40,470 bases of DNA, from NCBI GenBank assembly GCA_051117555.1, contig JBNPEG010000022.1:1-40470 (forward strand), in the 5' to 3' direction. The stretch is from Elainellaceae cyanobacterium (GTDB lineage Bacteria > Cyanobacteriota > Cyanobacteriia > CAZCXK01). Both the position numbers and the translations under genes were made by a program. Of the stretch, positions 32,652 through 40,470 are shown piece after piece; position 1 is the first letter of the stretch; the number at the start of each line of letters is the position of its first letter. A model generated the notes under the pieces. It did not search any database and was not told where the DNA came from. It saw only the letters and a list, made by a program, of their open reading frames with translations.

Positions 32652-33100
32652 GGCGTATCGTTACGATTCGCTGAATAATTGTGAGTATCAGTAAAATGCT
32701 GGGCATTATGTGTAGAGAAATCTCTGAGAAAACACGATTCAGGAGTGACGAGAGCGATGAAAAGTCGTCTTCAAAAAGTATCTTGTAGTTCTACTAATCT
32801 TTGTAAGATGCGGTTGCTTGGTCTTAATCCATCCAATGTGCGATCGCGGAGGTAATCTCATGTAGACACGATCCATTTTGAGCCATTCCACTTTGAGCCA
32901 TTTCTGTGATTATCTGCCAAAGTAGAGGCATACAGAGGGCTGGGTGTTATGACCCTACGAGATCACATCAGTGCTTAATCAGAGACGTGTTTTATTAAAG
33001 GCTAAGATAAAGTGCGATTACGAATTTTTTTAATTCTAAATATTGAACTTTTTAGTTTTTTGAGACGTTTACTGTTCCCTATGCGTGGCGAGTGATAGGC

Positions 33101-33748
33101 ATGAAGGAAAACAGTGTCGGAGAACATAAAAGGCTGCTGCTGATCGATGATGATCCAAATCTAATTTTATTAGTTAAGGATTATCTTGAATTTCGCGGAT
33201 ATGAAGTTGTCACAGCAGAAAATGGTCGGGAAGCCCTTGACATCTTGGAGGGTGAGATTCCAGATATGATCATTTGTGACGTGATGATGCCCGAAATGGA
33301 TGGCTACTCTCTAGTCGAACATGTCAGGAAGGATTCTCGCATGAACTGGATTCCAGTTCTATTCCTCTCCGCAAAGGGTCAGAGTCAAGATCGCGTCAAA
33401 GGTCTCAGCACCGGAGCGGACGTATACATGGTCAAACCATTCGAGCCTGAAGAGCTTGTTGCCCAAGTTGAGTCGTCACTGAAGCAAGCATCTCGATTAA
33501 TGGTTCGTCAACCTAGAGGGGTTGAGACAGGTCCCAAAATTCAAGTCCCATTTGATGTTGAGTTAACGCCGACTGAGCTTCGAGTAGTTCAGTTTGTAGC
33601 GCGAGGCATGGCAAATCGGGAAATTGCCGACGAACTGAATGTTAGCCAACGAACCATTGAAAGTCATGTCAGCAATATGCTTGGTAAAACTGGCTTGCAT
33701 AACCGCACTGAGCTTGCTCGCTGGGCAATTGAAAATAGCATGGCTTGA
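33101..33748 (+). CDS. NarL/LuxR-family response regulator
   Basis: Receiver motifs LLIDDD, CDVMMPEMDG and KPF; LuxR HTH LTPTE...NREIA..L.VSQRTIESHVSN. Confidence 0.93.
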   Translation: MKENSVGEHKRLLLIDDDPNLILLVKDYLEFRGYEVVTAENGREALDILEGEIPDMIICDVMMPEMDGYSLVEHVRKDSRMNWIPVLFLSAKGQSQDRVKGLSTGADVYMVKPFEPEELVAQVESSLKQASRLMVRQPRGVETGPKIQVPFDVELTPTELRVVQFVARGMANREIADELNVSQRTIESHVSNMLGKTGLHNRTELARWAIENSMA

Positions 33749-33831
33749 GAGATGAAATTTAGTGGTTTCAGTTAACTTGACTCAGAAATATCTCGAAGGG
33801 ACGTAAAAATTTGATAGATTAGGCATTAGTC

Positions 33832-33904
33832 GCTGGTGTAGCTCAGTTGGTAGAGCAGCTGATTTGTAATCAGCCGGTCGCAGGTTCGAGTCCTGTCACC
33901 AGCT
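33832..33904 (+). tRNA. tRNA-Thr (TGT)
   Basis: Acceptor stem GCTGGTG/CACCAGC, D-loop AGCTCAGTTGGTAGAGC, anticodon stem GCTGA-TTTGTAA-TCAGC and T-loop GGTTCGAGTCC; no encoded CCA. Confidence 0.97.
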
Positions 33905-33912
33905 TTCCTCTA

Positions 33913-33943
33913 AAACCCCTGAAGTGCAATGCTTCTGGGGTTT
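33913..33943 (+). terminator. Hairpin downstream of the tRNA (putative terminator)
   Basis: AAACCCCTGAAG...CTTCTGGGGTTT. Confidence 0.6.
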
Positions 33944-34063
33944 CTAAATATTCACCTCGAAGCGTTTTGTGTATCACCGCTGTACTAAAACCTAAGCATT
34001 TACACCCAAAATCGAGGGTAAATGCGAGAAAATAGGCATAGATTTAGTACAGGATTTAGCACA

Positions 34064-35158
34064 ATGGCTCGACCGGCTGATTCAATTGCCGATGTAAATG
34101 GGCGGCTAAAGGGAGCAAGGATTCGTCTTAAAATTGCTGTGAGAGGACGAAAACTCTCACTTCGAGGAACGTTCCCTCCAAAACCTGGAGAAGCGAAAGC
34201 AAAGCAGACGTATCTCGCCCTTGGCCTCGACGATACGCCCTATGGGCTAAAAACTGCTGAACTAAAAGCACATGAACTTTGGTCCCAATTAGGGCAGGGG
34301 AGATTTCAGTGGGAAGACTGGGTAGAGACTGAACTCGATACTTGCGAAGCCTGGATTGAGCACTATAAACGACACTGGTTTGCGGTGAATGGTGACACGC
34401 CAAGAACGCAGACAAAGTGGCAACGCCAAGAATGGCAAATGGGGCTTCGCTGGTTACCCAGTCAAGAGAAGGTCTCAGCAACAACGCTTATCAATACTGT
34501 CCTTGAGCGACCAGCGAATAGTCGAGCCCGTCAACTCTGTGTCCAGGTGCTAAATCGCTTCGCAAAATTCGTGTCTGTAGACGTTGACCTCAGCGAGTAT
34601 CGAGGTAAATACAAAAGCCGAGCAAAAACGCTCGAAATTCCTACTGATGAAGAAATCGTACAGTTCCTCGGCACCATAAAAAATGCACAATGGCGCTTGG
34701 TCTACATTCGCATGGCTGTCTATGGGCTGAGGGACCATGAGTGCTGGCTCTGTGAGATAAACCCAGAGCCACTCTACGATTGTCGTGTGCTCGACGGCAA
34801 AACGGGACCTCGTGATGGCGTAATGCCCTTCTATCCAGAATGGGCTGAGCAGTGGAAGCCATGGGAAGGAACTCTCCCCAAAGTGACTGACCTTGTTGGC
34901 GATCGCGCGGTCTATGGTGAGCGAACTGCGAAAGCCTTTCAGCGCTACAACATTCCTTTTACCCCCTACACCCTCCGTCACGCGTGGTGCATTCGAGCAT
35001 CTGTGGTCTTCAAGCAACCGATCCCGGTGAGTGCTGCAATGGCAGGGCACTCACCGGATCTACATCTACGAACCTACAATCGGTGGCTTAAGGCTGTGCA
35101 AAGCTTTGAAGCCTATAAGGATGCTATTGAGAAGGGACCTCAGGCCCCGCTTGTTTGA
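34064..35158 (+). CDS. Tyrosine recombinase/integrase (cyanobacterial XisA/XisC-like)
   Basis: Catalytic motifs YGLRDHE, KTGPR, LRHAWCIR, AGHS and TYNRW; N-terminal LSLRGTFPPKPG arm-binding-like region; adjacent to the tRNA. Confidence 0.92.
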   Translation: MARPADSIADVNGRLKGARIRLKIAVRGRKLSLRGTFPPKPGEAKAKQTYLALGLDDTPYGLKTAELKAHELWSQLGQGRFQWEDWVETELDTCEAWIEHYKRHWFAVNGDTPRTQTKWQRQEWQMGLRWLPSQEKVSATTLINTVLERPANSRARQLCVQVLNRFAKFVSVDVDLSEYRGKYKSRAKTLEIPTDEEIVQFLGTIKNAQWRLVYIRMAVYGLRDHECWLCEINPEPLYDCRVLDGKTGPRDGVMPFYPEWAEQWKPWEGTLPKVTDLVGDRAVYGERTAKAFQRYNIPFTPYTLRHAWCIRASVVFKQPIPVSAAMAGHSPDLHLRTYNRWLKAVQSFEAYKDAIEKGPQAPLV

Positions 35159-35308
35159 AAATGAGCAGTGAAAATTTTCCTCAGTAGCGCAATTTGATCT
35201 TAAGGAAATATCATTCCAAAAATTTTTGGGATCGAGCAGATTAGGTCAACCTTACCCGACACAGAAATCGTATAAGCAGAAATCCCTAAAAAAGCTAGTT
35301 CGTTTCAA

Positions 35309-35467
35309 TTATGGGTTCTGTTGATGCTGATAGTCCTGGTATGCCTTGGTAAGCAAATAGGCCGCCAAGCTAGAAAGAGATCGCCGTTCCTTTTTTGCCC
35401 AAGCCGCTAAGCCTTCCTTGACCTCAGGCTCTATATATACCGTCACCGGCTCCAGTTGCGTCGTCAT
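35309..35467 (-). CDS. CopG-like ribbon-helix-helix protein (52 aa, absent from the ORF track)
   Basis: Manual translation: MTTQLEPVTVYIEPEVKEGLAAWAKKERRSLSSLAAYLLTKAYQDYQHQQNP; beta-strand VTVYI, helix, then RSLSSL helix. Confidence 0.8.
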   Translation of the reverse strand: MTTQLEPVTVYIEPEVKEGLAAWAKKERRSLSSLAAYLLTKAYQDYQHQQNP

Positions 35468-35971
35468 GTTTGATGTGCTGCCCTTCTAACTGCCAGCACA
35501 TCTTACGGCACCGCTATTCCCTGCTGGGTAATGCTTTTCGCTGCCTTACACAGTACTTCACAGCGAAATGCTGTACTTATGCTATGCTAGTGAGGTCAAA
35601 GCAACGGAACATACAATAAGGGATCTCTCAGCATGTTCCTTAGAATAACGAGGTGTTCAAGCAACTCAGCTTAAATAGCGAATGAAACTGAAGGCACGTA
35701 AGGAAGACGCGGCGATCGCACCAACTTACCTCAGGATGCCCAATTAGCTTATATCGTCGGTGAAACTGCTGCGACCCAACGACTGAAAGCAGCAGATTGT
35801 GGATACAGTAGAGGCTTCCTCAAAACAGATGAAAGGGATATTTCTAATTTCTATGGAATTGGTAATTTGATCGCTCTAAAATCCTTCAACGAATCAATCG
35901 AGTTTCTGCTGAAACAGAATCATAGTGCATCGACCTGATTGCTCATGTCTTTACCCAATAAGGAGGTTTAT

Positions 35972-36178
35972 ATGACAACGACCCCACACGGTCTAAAGGT
36001 GCTGATCCGTCCCTGCGACAGCGGCATGTGCCCGGCACTCTATACGGATGACTCTGGCCGAGTGTTTGTACAGGGCAATAAGCTCAGTCCGACTGACCAC
36101 CATGGCCTAAGCGTCGCCAGTCATGAAGCGATTGTTGAGATTTCCCCTGAACTGATTGCGTTTCTAAAGTCACAGTAA
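35972..36178 (+). CDS. Small hypothetical protein with a CxxxxCP motif (68 aa)
   Basis: Strong SD AAGGAGG before ATG 35972; CDSGMCPALY...VFVQG...EAIVEISPEL. Confidence 0.75.
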   Translation: MTTTPHGLKVLIRPCDSGMCPALYTDDSGRVFVQGNKLSPTDHHGLSVASHEAIVEISPELIAFLKSQ

Positions 36179-36205
36179 CCTGATATTTGCAACCAAATTC
36201 CAAGC

Positions 36206-36232
36206 TCCCCACTTCTCCTCAGAAGGCGGGAG
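36206..36232. terminator. Hairpin between convergent genes
   Basis: CTCCCACTTCT-CCTC-AGAAGGCGGGAG. Confidence 0.5.
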
Positions 36233-36237
36233 TTAAT

Positions 36238-36765
36238 TTATGTAATTCTTTCATCTCGATAGAGCAATTCTGTTTCTACAAACTTTCGAAACTCCTCTGA
36301 GTGAGCTGACCTGACTTTTTGCCAGTGAAATCGCACAGTCTTATAGGCAAAGACATCCTGGGCATCGCGCTTGAAGCCCTCAAAATGGCTGAGGCTGATA
36401 ATACCGCTCCGAAAATGTAGAAAGCTAAGCATCACCTGATTGATGAGAAATGAGCTGATCTTCTGAAGCTCCCATTCTGTCGGGTTAAGCCCGTTAGCGT
36501 TCGTAAATTTCTCTAGCAATGGTGGATTATTAAGAATTCCGAAGAATATCTCCCGATGAGCATCAACGATCGTGTATTGTGCCTCGCTGTATCCGCTCGC
36601 TACCTGGTGCTTAACCTGCCCTAAAAGGAGCTTTACCGTCTGCCGGGTGGAAATCCAGAGCAGAACATTGGCCACAGTGGTTATAAACGTAAGGCCCATC
36701 ATCAGTAACGCTGTTAGCTCAGCAATACTCAGGCCCCAAATGGTGACAGCACTCCCGTTCTCCAT
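36238..36765 (-). CDS. Hypothetical single-pass membrane protein
   Basis: N-terminal hydrophobic helix (residues ~8-39), then a helical domain ending HWQKVR...EFRKFVE. Confidence 0.75.
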   Translation of the reverse strand: MENGSAVTIWGLSIAELTALLMMGLTFITTVANVLLWISTRQTVKLLLGQVKHQVASGYSEAQYTIVDAHREIFFGILNNPPLLEKFTNANGLNPTEWELQKISSFLINQVMLSFLHFRSGIISLSHFEGFKRDAQDVFAYKTVRFHWQKVRSAHSEEFRKFVETELLYRDERIT

Positions 36766-37939
36766 GCACCCTTACAGAATGGTAGAAACTTTCGATTCTT
36801 GCTGAATGCTAGGGATTCTACAACACGGGGTCAAATTATTCTCCCAAGAGCAGGGTGCTTTTTGTATTTGAAGTCTTTTGTATCCTTTGATATCTCACTT
36901 CGGAAGTCAAAGGTTGGCCCAGGAGGTCAGGTTTATATTTCACGTTTATTTTGGTGCGTTTGATTTCGTGGTGTACGCGATCGCTCTCATTATTGCGATC
37001 TTTCTGGCAGATGTGATCTGCAACGAAATGGAAGAGCGAGGATGGTTGGAAACCTTAGAATTCAAGGAGGTTCATCCAAAATAGTTTTTAGAGAAGGTAG
37101 AGGACACGCCTCTGATTCTAGACAGTCAAATTTTCGAGCTACGCGGAGCGCTAGTCATCAAACAAGATGACATTCCAATTTCGCTGCCAGAAGGCATTTT
37201 GGCTGTGAGGTGGTCCGGTCATTCGGCTTTCAGATCTGCAAGCTCTTTATGGAGCGATTGCCATTGATGCTGGGTAGGTCATCCATAAATAAATGGGAGC
37301 ATTCAAGAATCGGAACTGGAGGGACTCGGTCGCACGCTCCAGCAGCAGCTTTTCATGCGCTTGCAGATCAGAACATTGGTAGACAATTACCTAACCAAGA
37401 TTTCGCTAGGGCAGTGTTGGCAATGCGCAGTTTGGCTATCGACGCCATACAAAAACCTGCACAGCTCTCCGAAGATTTCTAGACAACTTCAATTTCATGA
37501 ATGGCGATCGCCTCAGCCATTCCTCCATGACTAACCCCCTGTCATTTTTACTCTCAGAATGGGGTAATCTTGCTTACTTCAGGAAAGATAACTGAGTTTC
37601 CGTCATTGCAGGCTATTCTAGAAGGTTTTTGGCACTTCCCTGGATGATTTGCTGGCTATTTCACCCTCTGGGAATTGGGAGTAAAGATTAGAACAGGAAA
37701 GCTATTAACTTAACAAAAATTTTACTTAACGAGAGCAATTTTTCTCCCGATTGACTTCTTTTTCTAGGGATAAGAGAGAGATGGTGAAAACACGTAGATA
37801 GCAAAGGTTACCGCTTGCTAAGAATTATCCGAATGAAATAGGGCGATAGTTAATTGTCTCAATTGGTTCTATCTACGGCTCGCATTGCGCGTTGAACGTC
37901 TCTTCGAAACTACCTTTCTCTATCTCGCAGCAGTCAACC

Positions 37940-40357
37940 ATGGACAATAATGAATCCATTTTTCAACCCGAAGCCCGCTTTTTGAATGTTGAGACCGAGT
38001 TAGATGGCAATAGTTCCCTAAGTGGGATAACCCCTGCCCACAGCACGGGTATCAATCAGGAATATGGCGATCGTGAGATCGAGGCATTTATTCAGCAACG
38101 AGCTGGAGAATATCTGCTCAAAGAATCATTATCTTTTCCTCCTGAGAAGGGAAACGAAAAGCAAATAGAGTCATCAACCGATCAGGTTACGGGTCAGACT
38201 CAACCAGGGTCATCGGTTAATACAAAAGATAGAGCACTTGCAAGTGACGGGTTGCTTGTCAGTCAATCTCGAAAATCCAAAAAAAACAAAGGCAAGACAT
38301 CACTTGACAATAGCTTTCAGGAAATCTCAGGGGATATAGGAAGGGATATTTTACAGGCTCCTAAGGGTAAGAGTAGCTATCGTCTTTATGGAAGAGCAGG
38401 CCACGATGAGTTGACCGCAAGCAAAGGTGATCGCCTCTACGGTGGACCGGGACGCGACGTGCTTGATGCAAGTCAAGCAAAGGGGAAGAACATACTTCGC
38501 GGTGGAGCGGATAAAGACGAGCTTTATGGTAATAAGCACGATCGCCTGTTTGGAGGTGCTCAAAACGATTTGCTTAGCACTGTTGAGGGACGTGGGAAAA
38601 ATGTTCTGAGGGGTGGCGCAGGCAATGATAGGCTCTATGCCGGACGAAAAGATAAGCTGCACGGAAACCAAGGTCACGATTTTCTAGATGCTTCTCAAGG
38701 AGACGGTAAGAATCGCTTAAAAGGTGGTCGAGGCAACGATACTCTTTATGGAGGAAGGAAAGATCGGGTTTTCGGAAACAAGGGCAACGATATTCTCTGG
38801 GCAGGGCAGGGTCGCAATCGCCTAAAAGGAGGGCACGGATGGGACCAGTTCTGGATTGTTGATAATGAACTGCCTACCTCAGCCAATACGATCGTTGATT
38901 TCAAAGTTGGGATCGACCAGCTCGGAATTTCAGGCTTTGGTCAGATTACTCGCTTTGAGGACTTAGATCTCATTCAAGATGGTAATGACACAGTCATTCA
39001 ATTCCAGGGACACGCAATTGCAGTTCTGAAAAGAGTTAATCCTGCTAGTCTGACTGAAGACACATTTCTCTTTGCTCCAACACGTGTGCCGGGACAGCCG
39101 TGGACAAGTGTCCCCCTAGAAATTACAAAAGTCAGTACCGCTGCTCAATATAAGAATGAGATGGGGGTATTCATTGTTGATGATGCCCATGGGAGAATCG
39201 GCGATCTGTTGCCAGGTGACGCAGGTTATGCAAGAGCAGCGCTCTCCTCAAATCGCCACCAGGTTGTCGTCATGGGAAATCAGACGAATGGCACAAAAAC
39301 CGTCGTTAACGTTCCCTCAGGCAGCTATTTAGGGTGGTATCTCATTCAAAACAGCACCACTGAGACATTCCTACAGAAGAATCCCCGAAATAAGGTTGGC
39401 AATAATCCACAAGTCTTCTTCTCATTTCTGGAAGCAAATCCAGACGGCATTGACCACTTGCACTACCACTCTGGTAACCAACTGGTTTGGGAAGATTTGA
39501 CCTACGGAGGCGATCGCGACTTTAGAGATCTCGTCGCTCATTTCGAGTTCAAACCAGTTGCTGTTTCACCGGGTCGAACAATCTCTGTAGATGATCTGAC
39601 CGTTGTCGAAGGAAGTGGTAGTTCTGCGTCGGCCTTTGCGACAGTCGCACTGTCTGGGCCAAGTGATGTTACCGTAATGGTTGAATTCTCAACGGCAGAT
39701 GTATCAGCACGTGCAGGTCAAGATTACCAAGCCGTTAATGGCACGTTGGAGTTTAAGCCGGGTGAAACTCAGAAGAGGATCGAGATTCCAATCGTCGCGG
39801 ATACCGAGGATGAACCCGATGAAGAGTTCCAGATCATTCTCAGGAATGCCCATAATGCTGAAATCGCTGATGGAGAAGCAATCGGTACCATCCTGGACGA
39901 TGATGATGCACCAGTGCCAGCCCTTCCAACCTTAAGCATTGACGATGTATCCGTTATCGAGGGAGATGATGAAACGACGCGAGCTGTCTTTACAGTAATG
40001 CTTTCGACGCCGTCTGATAAACCTGTAACGCTCAACTTTGAAACAGTAGAAGGAGCAGCCCTGGCAGGTCAAGATTACCAGGCGGTTCAAGGGCAACTCA
40101 CCTTTCTTCCGGGTGAGTCCATAACGCAGACTATTGAAGTGCCTATCATTGGCGATCTCTTAGATGAGGTAGACGAAGCATTCACACTGAAATTGACAAA
40201 TCCTGTCAACGCGACTCTGCTAACGCCTGAGGTAGTCGCCACAATACTCAATGATGATCAGCCCGGTGAGATTATCTTACTTGAGGGGACTCGCTTCCAG
40301 ACGGTGCAGGAACATCGTTTTGATGTTCCTCAAACCCCTGCGGTGAGACTGTTCTGA
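37940..40357 (+). pseudogene. Large secreted RTX/DUF4114/Calx-beta protein, 3'-truncated by IS insertion
   Basis: RTX repeats, DUF4114-like ANPDGIDH...WEDL.YGGDRDFRDL and two Calx-beta domains (ISVDD..VVEG...AGQDY...GTL.F.PGET). The stop codon lies inside the IS end. Confidence 0.75.
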
Positions 40358-40470
40358 ATTTTGTGTAAGCGGTCTAAAATCCCAGTAATTCAGGAGACCG
40401 CAACATGGCAAGAAGTAAAAAAGAGACGAACCGGGTTGATGAGATGCTCGATGAGCTGTTGGCAGATTGC
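40345..40470 (+). mobile_element. Left end of an IS256-family element with transposase N-terminus (ATG 40405, MARSKKETNRVDEMLDELLADC...)
   Basis: GAGACTGTTCTGAATTTTGTGTA resembles IS256-family terminal IRs; SD AGGAG; LDELL pattern as in IS256 transposase N-termini. Confidence 0.75.

Larger units (their letters stand above)
33905..40470. mobile_element. Putative genomic island integrated at tRNA-Thr (right boundary outside the window)
   Basis: tRNA followed directly by an integrase, RHH gene, orphan or degraded genes and an IS; core genes stop here. Confidence 0.7.

Noticed and set aside
33847..34035. 62-aa ORF
   Set aside because: Overlaps the tRNA-Thr gene; spurious.
36878..37530. Short ORFs 36878-37084 and 37210-37482
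   Set aside because: TTG/GTG starts without a convincing SD or recognisable motifs; likely degraded island DNA.

Overview
Cyanobacterial chromosomal window, judged from the abundant HIP1 octamer GCGATCGC and cyanobacterial-type housekeeping genes. A core block (S9 peptidase, recR, response regulator, lipA, coaE, cobA-hemD, cysE, eno, gloA, amino-acid ABC substrate-binding protein, DnaJ, glgC, tgt, cobS, ferredoxin, LuxR regulator, tRNA-Thr) lies between two accessory zones. Left zone (1-4300): an IS end, an AT-rich AIPR gene, a DUF4258/DUF2283 module broken at a HIP1 site, a 21-bp-period array, and a small protein behind a ~190-nt multi-hairpin leader whose basal stem competes with anti-Shine-Dalgarno pairings. 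This leader is the best candidate for an undescribed RNA switch. Right zone (33.9 kb to the end): an island beside tRNA-Thr with a tyrosine integrase, an unannotated RHH gene, two small unusual genes, and an RTX/DUF4114/Calx-beta gene cut by an IS256-type element. Also seen: a probable ACG start codon for recR and several families of small dispersed or nested repeats. All family assignments come from reading motifs by eye; no searches were run.
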